NCBI GenBank assembly: GCA_038064835.1
Contig: JBBTSD010000001.1
Coordinates: 234,361 to 298,360 of the forward strand
Source of the DNA: Patescibacteria group bacterium
GTDB lineage: Bacteria > Patescibacteriota > Minisyncoccia > Phycocordibacterales > UBA2100
Direction of reading: 5' to 3'
Length of the DNA: 64,000 nt
Notes under the pieces: generated by a model
Seen by the model: only the letters and a program-made list of their open reading frames with translations
Told to the model about the DNA's origin: nothing
Database searches by the model: none
Program-made: the position numbers and the translations under genes
In this document: positions 51,855 through 61,723 of the stretch, in pieces
Position numbering within the stretch: position 1 is the stretch's first letter
Layout of the letters: every line of letters starts with the position of its first letter

Positions 51855-54800
51855 TGTTCGTGCGCAATCATCAAGGTGGAAAAAAGGGGTGGATGCAAGT
51901 GGCCCATAGCGCAAAGAAAGGCTTATCAGTTTTTGCAATCGTTGCTCTCGTTGTGATGAGCGTTCCTACCAGCGTTGTGCTTGCCGCGATTAGTTTTGGC
52001 TCCGTTGCTTCCGCAGCAAATGAATCAAGTCCTGGTAGCACTGACGACATAACAATTACTAAGCCAGCGTCCACCGTTTCTGGCGATTTTCTTGTCGCCG
52101 GGATTACCATCAATGGTGGTGATGAGGTGGATATCAACTCTGTCCCGAGTGACTGGGTCCTCATAGAACGCACAGATAATGACGACGATGTGATGTTGGC
52201 GACCTATTACAAATTTGCAGGTGGTTCTGAACCAGCCTCCTATACTTGGTCTTTTGACCGTGACGACAGCGGTGATGTACGCGCTGCGGGTGGTATTATA
52301 AGATACACGGGAGTACACACATCCTCTCCAATAGACGAAGAAGCGGAGAATGAGGGTGGGGACGATGAGCTCGATGCCCCCTCGGTAGATACAGACTATG
52401 CGAATGACATGGTCGTTGTATTCTATGCCCAAGATGACAACCGGGTGCATTCGACACCTTCGGGCACGACAGCTCGCTTTGATGCGGTCAACCCGGATAG
52501 TTCTGGCCCTCGTGTTTCTTCGGCAGATTTTGTCCAAGCGAGCGCAGGAGCAACTGGCGTCAAGACTGCGGAGATTGATGGCAACGAAGATTGGATTGCC
52601 CAAACAGTCGCGCTTCGCATGGCCCCGACCGCGTCAATCACCATTGTGAAAGAGGCGACTCCTGAACACTCGCAAAATTTTGAGTTCTCCACTTCAGGCG
52701 AAGGTCTTTCCGATTTTCTCCTTGACGACGATGCCGACGAAACGCTTTCAAACTCCGTTGTGTTCGACGAACTTGAGGCCGGAGTCTACTCAATCACAGA
52801 AGATGTAGTTGCTGGATGGACACAAACGAGTGCTGTTTGCTCTGACGGGAGCCTCGTTTCAGCCATAGATCTTTCTGAAGACGAGGACATCACATGTACA
52901 TTTGCTAACACTAAGCTCAGCTCAATCACTATCGTGAAGGACACAGTGCCGAATGACGCGCAAGATTTCGCGTTCAGCACCACAGGCACAGGTCTATCCG
53001 CCTTCTCGCTGGATGACGATGCCGACGGCACGCTCTCAAACACGAAGGTGTTTAGCGACCTCGTCGCAGGCGAGTACACCGTGGCAGAAATGACGGTCGC
53101 AGGTTTCGATCTCACCGGCCTTTCCTGCAGTGATGGAAGCGCGGTGGATATAGCAACTGGAACCTCTACGATCAGCCTCGCTGTTGGCGAGGATGTAACC
53201 TGTACCTACACAAACACCAAACGAGCAACATTCCAGATGGTGAAGTACACCGATCCAGCGGTTGGATCCTACGAATTCACTCTTGGCGATGGTGAACTTG
53301 AGCAAGATGGTTTCCCCATGACGCACACATTCACTCCAGCGGGTGAGTGGGGAGTGCTCAGTAATCTTTTGCCAGGTTCCTACAGCCTGAGCGAGACTAT
53401 TCTCGAACTTCCTGAAGAGAACGAGTATCCATCGTGGGAGCGCAACGCATCGTGTAACGGTATCTTTTCTGACCCATCTGGTTCAGTCGAAGGTGAAGGC
53501 CTTGCGCTTTCACTTGTCGCCGGAGAGGAGATGAGTTGTATCGTCAACAATACGCAAAATGCAGTTATCTCGGGCAAAAAGTTTGAGGATACTGACGGCC
53601 ATGGCGCAGAAGCTACAGGCTCGACCTTGAGTGGCTGGACAATCACCATCAAAGAAATCGTGGCGGACATTCCAGAGACTGAAGAAATTGACGAGAGCGA
53701 GGGAACCTATACTAATTCAAACAACACCAACGAGAGTGGCGACTACCTCTTCTTGGTTCCTCCTGGTACCTATCGTGTATGCGAAAGTCCAGAGCCATCC
53801 TGGTACCAATCGTTCCCAACCAGCAATTACAACTGCAACGATGAAGGATCATCCTACGACAATGGCTACGAGATCACTGTCGAGGCAGGTGATGTGGTGA
53901 CCGGCAAAGATTTTGGCAATTATCAACGCGGCACGATTGCTGGCGTGAAGTGGCATGATGCCAACGCAAACGGCACTGTCGAGGATGGAGAGAACGGTCT
54001 CGAAGGGTGGACTATCAATCTCTTAAAAGACCTTGGCGGGGGTTTTGAGTGGGTTGCATCTGCTGTCACTGACTCTGCAGGTGTCTACGAATTTTCAGGT
54101 GAAGGAGCACTTGATCCAGGAACTTACCAGCTTGAAGAGGTACAGCAAGGCGGATGGGTGCAGACATACCCAACCGATCCAACTACCCACACCACCACGC
54201 TCTCATCTGGAGGCTCGAATGTGAACAAGAACTTCGGAAATGTGGGAGATGCAACCATCTCCGGACAAAAGTGGAATGATGAGGACAACAACAGCGAATG
54301 GGATGAAGGCGAAGATGTGGTTACAGGCGATTCATTCACCTTTACGCTCCTACGCGTCGTAGGCGAAGGTGAGCCAGAGTTTGTCATCGCGACCACAACG
54401 ACAACAGGCTTTTACCGATTCATCAACTTGCTTCCAGGAACCTACATCGTTCTTGAGAACTCTGCAGAAGGTTGGATGCAAACATCCCCAACAGATCAAG
54501 GTGGTCACACAGTGACAGTTGGAGCAAACGAAGATTCTACCGACAATGATTTCGGCAACATCGAAGTTATTGAGCTCTATGGCTACAAGTGGAACGATTT
54601 AGACAAGAACGGTATCTGGTACAACGAAGAAGAAGGTGACGATGAGGAGAGTTATGAGCCGGGGATTCAGGACTGGAAGATTCACGCAACCCCGATAGTG
54701 GCAGAAGGTGGGGAAGTTGCGACGACTACCGATCGCATCGCAAAAATCGCACTCACGGACGAGGAAGGAGAATACGAATTTGAATTTCTTGGAAGTGAAA

Positions 54801-56464
54801 GTGGTTGGTGGCGCATTACCGAAGACAATCACCGCGGATGGACACAGACATATCCAGGTGGTATCGACGATGCCTACCATTACGATGTGTTCATCAGTCC
54901 AGAAGGTGATGGTGATGACTGTGAGGGGCCAGGATGGTGCGAGGGCGGATACTACGATTACAACTTCGGCAACTGGCAGTGGCCACTTATCAATGTGTTC
55001 AAGTGGCGTGATGTGAACCGTGATGGTCTATTCCTCGGCGAAGAAGCATCAACCACAGAGCCAGGCGTATCAGGAACACTGATTGGTGTAGGTCGCACTT
55101 TGCCGATTCCAGAGGAATCTCCAGAAGGGACACCGGTGCCTATCGAATTGGTTGCACTTGGTCTCACTGGTAATAATGGCTGGGCGCACATTCCGGTGCC
55201 ACAACAAGGAGATTATGTTGTGTTCGAAGCCGACCATCAATTCTGGGACAAGATGTTCCCTACAGCAACGCGCACTAATCCGTTCGCTCTCCAAAATCCT
55301 AGTGGACAGACTCCGTTTTACATCGACTCATTCTTCGATGTCTTTGCTGAGTTCGGTGCGCCCGCTCCGTTCCCTGGAGCCCCAACAACACAGTTCCCAG
55401 TGGACTCATTCTTTGACATCTTTGTGGACATGAGTGTTGATGGAACACCGACACCAATTCCAGCCCCCACAGCAGTTGATTCATTCTTCGATATCTTTAC
55501 CGAAGTGACTCCGGAACAGCGTGCAGACTCATTCTTCGACATCTTCGTGGAACTTCCTGAAGGTGTGAGCTTGCCTCCATTCCATCTGGACTCATTCTTC
55601 GATGTGTATGTCGGTCCGCTGTCTGGCGGTGAGGTCGCAAACGGTACAACTGGCGGTGAGTACGGTACTTCACCACTTCGTTTCGGCAACGCATTCACTG
55701 TCGCTTGTTCAGACGGTCTTGATAACGATGGTGATGGCCTGATCGATTACCCAGCTGATCCAGGATGTGGTGGCCCACTTGATGGTGATGAACCGCACAC
55801 TACTGGCAGTACCAGTTCGGGTAGTGGCGGCGGAAGCAATGGCCCTATCAGCGGTAGCTTCGGTGGCTCTAATGGTAATGGCCAGGTTCTCGGCGTATCG
55901 ACATCGACGAATGGTCTACCAGGACTTACGATACCTTCAGGCGAACAGTGCACCGACTACATCACTGAAAACATGGGTCCAAACCGCGTAAACAATCCAG
56001 AACAGGTACGACGCCTCCAGGAGATTCTCTTGCGCGAAGGATTCACTGTAGTAGTGAATGGCGTGTTCGACGCGGAAACGCTTGCGGCGGTGAAAGCATT
56101 CCAACTCAAGTACGCGGCAGACATCCTTGCACCGTGGGGTCTCACACAACCGACAGGTTTTGTGTACCTTACGACCAAGAAAAAGCTGAACGAGGTATTC
56201 TGTGGTGTGACAAGAACACTTTCCCCAGCCGAGCAAGCTATTATTGATGGCTTCCGCAGTGGGCAAGGTGGTGGAAATACCGGCGGTGGCGCAGGTGGCA
56301 ACAGTGCTCCTGGTACGCCAACCCCGTCGACTTCTCCGGCTGACACAAACGATGACGCACCAACAGACAATTCGCAGGTAGGTGCGGCAGCAGCGGCAAC
56401 CGACGATACCAAGACCGACAGCAAAGGATTCTGGGGCAAACTCCGTGGATTCTTTGGTCTTTAA
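51855..56464 (+). CDS. Giant surface protein: signal anchor, multiple Cna-B/SdrD-B-like domains, DSFFD[IV]F tandem repeats, C-terminal peptidoglycan-binding domain
   Basis: Repeated modules carry TxxxDxxAGWTQT and EGWxQTYP. DSFFD[IV][FY] occurs six times between 55320 and 55610. PG_binding_1-like NPEQVRRLQEILLREGF...AVKAFQ. Gly-rich tail. The start is uncertain (track GTG 51794; ATGs at 51855 and 51893). Confidence 0.75.
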
Positions 56465-56485
56465 TTGAGTTGATTAAGTAGAAAC

Positions 56486-56515
56486 AAAACCCGCCCTGTG
56501 GCGGGTTTTGTTTTT
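56486..56515 (+). terminator. Rho-independent terminator
   Basis: aaaacccgccctgtggcgggttttgttttt. Confidence 0.8.
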
Positions 56516-56643
56516 CAAAGAGGAATACTTCCTTCGCGACCGCACCTTTTCGGAGACCGCTCCAAGGCCGCTTGGCCAGTCTTAGGGTCGCTCCGTCTGC
56601 AGACCTGTGGATAGACCCCTTTTTAATATGCGACAATGGATTC

Positions 56644-57681
56644 ATGGCAGTAAAGAAGGGGATATTTCAAAAGATTAAACGACATCGCAGAAAGGGCGAC
56701 ACACCATACGAAATGTCGGGCATCACTATCGGTATCGCTTCGGTGACACTGGTCCTTTTTGGTGCGTCGATTTTGCAGCACTTCTCACTGCAAGCAAACA
56801 ATTTTGCTACGGTAGTGACTGCAGTTTTGGTTGATCTGGCAAACAATGACCGCATAAGTGCGGGTGTTGAACGGCTCGCATCCAACGACGCACTGACTCG
56901 TGCCGCCCAGGCAAAGGCCAGTGATATGGCATCTCGTGGATATTTCGCACACACAAGCCCTGACGGGCGCGAGCCGTGGGATTTTATGAAGGACGCACAG
57001 TATAATTTTGAATACGCAGGCGAGAATCTCGCGATACAATTTGCAGACTCTGAACAGGTAGAAAAAGCATGGCTAGATTCGGCTCCGCACCGCGCAAATC
57101 TTCTCGACACCCGGTTTACCGAGGTGGGTATTGCCACGGCCCAAGGTTTCTACCAAGGGCAATCTACTGTCTTTGTTGTACAGATGTTTGGGAAACCGCG
57201 TAAAGACGAACTCATTCGCACAACGCCAGAACCAATCGCAGAAATTACTGAGACGCCGGTTGTCGCAAGTGATTCGCCTGTTACACCGACTGAAAACGAA
57301 GTGGTCATTCCGGCCGAGAGTGCGGTCCTCGGTGTTGCGGCGGCATTAGGAAACACCGATGCCACCCGCCGTAAAATCGACCAGGATCCCCCAGTTGTTT
57401 CAGAAATAAAGTCAGCAATCGCACCAAACGAAGCGCCGTGGTGGAAGCATCTGGCAGCATCGCCCCGCACCTATATAAACTATGCACTGTGGTCCCTGGT
57501 AGCACTCCTTATTTTATTTACAGGGTACATCGTGTATGCCGAAGCTCGACAGCACCACGCGCGGCACATCATATTCGCACTCGCGCTCTGTGTCGCTATA
57601 CTGGCTCTCCTCTATCTTGCTAATGTGTATATTTTTGGCGATGCGGTCATTGGACCACCGTTGCCTATTGTAACCGGATGA
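56644..57681 (+). CDS. CAP/SCP (PR-1-like) domain protein with C-terminal membrane anchor
   Basis: YFAHTSPDG, GENLA and APHRANLL are CAP-domain motifs. N-terminal TM and two C-terminal TM helices. Confidence 0.7.
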   Translation: MAVKKGIFQKIKRHRRKGDTPYEMSGITIGIASVTLVLFGASILQHFSLQANNFATVVTAVLVDLANNDRISAGVERLASNDALTRAAQAKASDMASRGYFAHTSPDGREPWDFMKDAQYNFEYAGENLAIQFADSEQVEKAWLDSAPHRANLLDTRFTEVGIATAQGFYQGQSTVFVVQMFGKPRKDELIRTTPEPIAEITETPVVASDSPVTPTENEVVIPAESAVLGVAAALGNTDATRRKIDQDPPVVSEIKSAIAPNEAPWWKHLAASPRTYINYALWSLVALLILFTGYIVYAEARQHHARHIIFALALCVAILALLYLANVYIFGDAVIGPPLPIVTG

Positions 57682-57723
57682 TATGCGTGGCATAGTACAG
57701 GCAGAAGTTTAAGAGGTATATCG

Positions 57724-58086
57724 ATGGAGAGTCAGAAAAAGCAAGGAATCCTTGCGCGTGTTCAAAACTCACTCCGGGGTATTTTATGTGCCGTCCAGAC
57801 CGAAGGGAGTATTCGCTTGCATGTAGTGGGGTGGGTGGTACTTGCAGTTTTAGGCTTCACGCTTGGCTTCAGTATCACGGATTGGCGCTGGGTATGTTTT
57901 GCCACCACCATCGCTTTTGTGGTGGAATTACTGAACACAGCGCTTGAGGATGTCTGCGACATGTATTCCAAGGAGTACCACCCTATGATCAAACGAATCA
58001 AAGATGTTGCCTCAGGTGCGGTCTTGGTTTCGACTTTGGCATGCTTGGGTGTAGTTGTCAGTGTTGTCTACCCATTTTTTCGGTGA
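57724..58086 (+). CDS. dgkA: Diacylglycerol/undecaprenol kinase (DgkA family)
   Basis: ELLNTALEDVCD and three TM helices. 120 aa. Confidence 0.75.
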   Translation: MESQKKQGILARVQNSLRGILCAVQTEGSIRLHVVGWVVLAVLGFTLGFSITDWRWVCFATTIAFVVELLNTALEDVCDMYSKEYHPMIKRIKDVASGAVLVSTLACLGVVVSVVYPFFR

Positions 58087-58094
58087 GTCTTGAC

Positions 58095-58124
58095 CAGCAG
58101 TCACTATCGGTGACTGCTTTTTTC
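58095..58124 (+). terminator. Rho-independent terminator
   Basis: cagcagtcactatcggtgactgctttttt. Confidence 0.75.
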
Positions 58125-58154
58125 ATTATCGCGTAAAGCGAGTATACTGGCACC

Positions 58155-59546
58155 ATGAAGCTTGAACAATCGATGTTTCGTGAATATGACATCCGTGGGC
58201 GTGAGTCACCTGAAGAACTAAACGAAAAATCGATCGAGCATATCACCCGCGGTTTCGGGGCGCTTTTGCGAGAAAAAGGCATCACGCAAGTGGTAGTGGG
58301 TCATGATGCGCGCGGTACTTCAAAAGCTTTCTACGCTATTGCGCTCCAAACACTGAAAGACTCAGGACTTGAGGTGTCTGCAATCGGGGTGTGTATCACG
58401 CCCATGGGGTACTGGGCGCAATATCACCTGCAAGTTCCCGGACTTTGTATGATTACAGCAAGTCACAATCCCACTGGGTGGAATGGCCTCAAACTCGGGT
58501 GCGGTCTTTCGAAAACACTGTTGCCTGACGAAGTGCAACACCTCTACAGCATTATTGAACGCGAAGCGTATGTTACAGGACCCGGCTCTATCAAAGAAGA
58601 AACTATCATCAGCGCTTACTATAGCGACTTGGTTTCAAGGGCACCTATCCAACACCCTCTGAAAGTGTTGGTCAATACAGGAAACGGCACCGCAGGGTTG
58701 TTTGCTCCCGTTTTGTTGCGCCAAGCGGGCTGTGAGGTCGTCGAACATTACACCGAAGTCGATCCGACTTATCCGCACTACACGGCAAATCCAGATGGCA
58801 CGGCGATGATGCAAGATACAGGTAACCAAACACGGCTGAACCAGTGCGATGTCGGGCTTGCGTTCGATGGTGACGGCGACAGATTAGGAGTTGTCGATGA
58901 ACTGGGTCAGACGGTATGGCCCGATCGCTATATGATTCTCCTTTCGCGACTTATGTTGCGCGAGAAGCCCGGCGCCAAGATTATTTTCGATGTCAAAGTT
59001 TCCGAAGCACTACCCGAAGACATTGCGTTACACGGAGGTGTGCCAATTATGTGGCGCACTGGACACTCCTACATCAAAGCAAAGCTCGCCGAGGAAGAGG
59101 CCGCACTCGCGGGCGAGATGAGCGGGCATATTTTCTACAACGAAAACTTTTACGGATTCGACGATGCAGGTTTTGCGGCGCTCAAGCTGTTGCAGTACCT
59201 CTCCACCGAAAGCAAGAAACTCTCAGAACTTATTGCTGAAACGCCGTACTACCAATCCACCCCGACCATCCAGGTAAGGACAACCGATGCCGAAAAATAC
59301 GGCATTGTTGAGCGGCTGACAGCCGAGTTCAAGCAAGATGGTTTTAGAGTTGTGGATATCAATGGCGCTCGTGTGTATACCCCCGATGGGTGGGGATTGG
59401 TCCGCGCATCTTCAAATACCCCTACACTGGTGCTTCGTTTTGAGTCAAAGACTACAGAGGGTCTTGAGAAAATAAAGACATTTTTTGAGGGAAGGCTTGA
59501 AAAACAGGGGATTGCGAAAGCGGCGTGGGACACAAGCGGGAATTAG
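58155..59546 (+). CDS. Phosphomannomutase/phosphoglucomutase
   Basis: TASHNPTGWNGLK phosphoserine loop. GDGDR metal loop. GEMSGH sugar-binding loop. Confidence 0.85.
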   Translation: MKLEQSMFREYDIRGRESPEELNEKSIEHITRGFGALLREKGITQVVVGHDARGTSKAFYAIALQTLKDSGLEVSAIGVCITPMGYWAQYHLQVPGLCMITASHNPTGWNGLKLGCGLSKTLLPDEVQHLYSIIEREAYVTGPGSIKEETIISAYYSDLVSRAPIQHPLKVLVNTGNGTAGLFAPVLLRQAGCEVVEHYTEVDPTYPHYTANPDGTAMMQDTGNQTRLNQCDVGLAFDGDGDRLGVVDELGQTVWPDRYMILLSRLMLREKPGAKIIFDVKVSEALPEDIALHGGVPIMWRTGHSYIKAKLAEEEAALAGEMSGHIFYNENFYGFDDAGFAALKLLQYLSTESKKLSELIAETPYYQSTPTIQVRTTDAEKYGIVERLTAEFKQDGFRVVDINGARVYTPDGWGLVRASSNTPTLVLRFESKTTEGLEKIKTFFEGRLEKQGIAKAAWDTSGN

Positions 59547-59578
59547 CGACCCCAGAGGCTCTTGGTGTGGATTATGAA

Positions 59579-59965
59579 ATGCCAACTGTATCTGCGTGGT
59601 ATAATCCGCCCATGTTACGCCCCGAACCATATCGAGAGGATCGCCCTTGGGGAAATTTTACGCGGTTTACGCTAAACGAGCCTGTCACCGTGAAAATTAT
59701 CGAGGTTGGTCCGGGTGAAATGACCAGTTTGCAATCACACAAAAACCGCGAAGAGTTTTGGGAGATTCTTGAAGGCGAGTTTCTGATTACGATGGGTGAT
59801 CTTCAAGAGAAAGGGGTGGCTCGAGACAGATTTTGGGTTTCCCAAGGCACCAAGCATCGTATTACTGGCGTTGGTGCTTCCAATCGGCTCCTCGAAATAT
59901 CGTATGGCACCTTTGATGAAAATGACATTGAGCGGTTTGACGACCAATACGGCCGTGTTTCTTGA
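59579..59965 (+). CDS. Cupin, mannose-6-phosphate isomerase type II C-terminal-domain-like
   Basis: DRPWGNF...VKIIEV.PGEMTSLQSHKNREEFWEILEG is the ManC-type cupin signature. Confidence 0.55.
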   Translation: MPTVSAWYNPPMLRPEPYREDRPWGNFTRFTLNEPVTVKIIEVGPGEMTSLQSHKNREEFWEILEGEFLITMGDLQEKGVARDRFWVSQGTKHRITGVGASNRLLEISYGTFDENDIERFDDQYGRVS

Positions 59966-59968
59966 GCT

Positions 59969-61714
59969 ATGGTTACAAAGAAGGCAAGTTCTCAAAAAAA
60001 AGGGAAGGCCGTAGTAAAAGCTAAGAAGCCTGCTCCTACTCGCACGGCGCGTGGCGTCAAAAAAACAAAGACACTCAAGGAAGTCGCCACCAAAGTAGCG
60101 ATACCTAAAAAGAAGGTTGTTTCAAAAAAGTCTGTTGCTAGAAAAATCCCCAAAGACTTTGCATCGGCACCGCTCTTTGTAACTGATAAAGGTGCTCGTG
60201 TGGGTCTGATAAACAAAGATGGCGCGGGGTATCCCGTTCTCACGCAAGGTCGGTCTGTGCAACTCGGGGCAGAGCCTGCTATTCGTTCGCGTGGGCGAGA
60301 TCACGACCCCAATCGTGGTGAATTTTACTTTGATACGCAAGGGGTCGAAGTCGTTGGTGTTTTTCGTATCAAAGAAGGCGTCCTTGTTGTCTACCAGACA
60401 GGTGGCGCACACGATGGTATATACGCAATTAAAATCGGCGCGGCACTTTTCCATGTGGACGGTCTTTCGTGGCACGAACGATGGCGTACTGAGGCTCCAA
60501 TTTTGGACACACAATGGTCACTTACCAAGGGCGAGGTGGTTGCCCCCAGTAGTGTTTTTATCGATGACACGATTACACTCTTTTGGAAAAGTCCAAAAAA
60601 CAGTCGATCGTATGCTTTTCCAAATCCTTTTGGATTCTTGTATGCAGATGCAAAAAAAGGTGCGTACTTAACTCGATACGAAGGAAATCCAATTGTCTCG
60701 CCCGACCCGACGCAATCGTGGCAGTCAGTTGCCACATTCAATCCCGGTGCGGTCCTTGTCGATGGTAAGGTCCATCTTTTTTACCGCGCGGTTGGTATGG
60801 GTGGGCGCTCTGTTATCGGGCATGCAGTATCTAATGACGGCCTTCATTTTACGCGCCATACTGATCCTGCATATGCGCCACATACTCGCGATGAGGGAGT
60901 CCGTATTCCAAAATCTAAGAAGAACCATCTTTTTCGCTCGCCAACACCGTACGGAGTGGATGGTGCCGAAGACCCACGGGTTACCGCGCTCGAAGGAGAT
61001 ATACACATGCTGTACGCAGCTTTTAATGGATATGAACAGGCACGAAGCGCTCATGTGAAAGCGTCAATTCATGGACTCGCAGAAAATGATCTTGATTGGA
61101 CGGAGCCAACCTTGCTAACGCGACCACCAACGCGCTGGGGAACGGGTGGGAAAAACGCAGCGCTTCTCCCCGGGAAGGTTAACGGGAAGTATGTTGTGTT
61201 GCATCGTATGTGGCCCGATATTTGCATCGACTACATCGATACACTCGATTTTGCAGAGTTCAAGCACCCAGAACGGTGGCTTGCTGATCGATGTCGTATT
61301 GCGATTCGACCTACGCACTGGGATTCTGGCAAAGTACTGGTAGGAGCGCCACCTATCGAAACTGACGCTGGTTGGCTTTTGATTTACAATGCAGTATCAC
61401 ATCAGCATGATGGTGGTGGCTACAAAATGGGCGCGATGATTCTTGATCGTGACGATCCTTCACGCGTGCTGTTTCGCACCAAACGACCGATTCTTGAGGC
61501 GCAGACCTGGTATGAGGAAGCTGGCTTAGTTCCTCGCGTTACCTATGCATGTGGCGCTGTGGTAAAAGATGGCACTTTGTTTGTCTATTATGGGGCCGCT
61601 GATACTTACACCGCAGTTGCCACTGCTCCTTTTACGGAATTTGTAGCGGCTGTTATGCGTGATTCTGTCGAACAGGTGGTGCCCACATGCACACCGGTGA
61701 AGCGCAGGGTATAA
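59969..61714 (+). CDS. GH130-like (beta-mannoside phosphorylase family) protein with lysine-rich histone-H1-like N-terminal tail
   Basis: FNPGAVLVDGKVHLFYRAVG, GAEDPRVTAL...YAAFNG and YYGAADTYT are GH130/DUF377 motifs. The N-terminal 70 aa are K/A/P-rich. Confidence 0.6.
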   Translation: MVTKKASSQKKGKAVVKAKKPAPTRTARGVKKTKTLKEVATKVAIPKKKVVSKKSVARKIPKDFASAPLFVTDKGARVGLINKDGAGYPVLTQGRSVQLGAEPAIRSRGRDHDPNRGEFYFDTQGVEVVGVFRIKEGVLVVYQTGGAHDGIYAIKIGAALFHVDGLSWHERWRTEAPILDTQWSLTKGEVVAPSSVFIDDTITLFWKSPKNSRSYAFPNPFGFLYADAKKGAYLTRYEGNPIVSPDPTQSWQSVATFNPGAVLVDGKVHLFYRAVGMGGRSVIGHAVSNDGLHFTRHTDPAYAPHTRDEGVRIPKSKKNHLFRSPTPYGVDGAEDPRVTALEGDIHMLYAAFNGYEQARSAHVKASIHGLAENDLDWTEPTLLTRPPTRWGTGGKNAALLPGKVNGKYVVLHRMWPDICIDYIDTLDFAEFKHPERWLADRCRIAIRPTHWDSGKVLVGAPPIETDAGWLLIYNAVSHQHDGGGYKMGAMILDRDDPSRVLFRTKRPILEAQTWYEEAGLVPRVTYACGAVVKDGTLFVYYGAADTYTAVATAPFTEFVAAVMRDSVEQVVPTCTPVKRRV

Positions 61715-61723
61715 TGACTCGCT

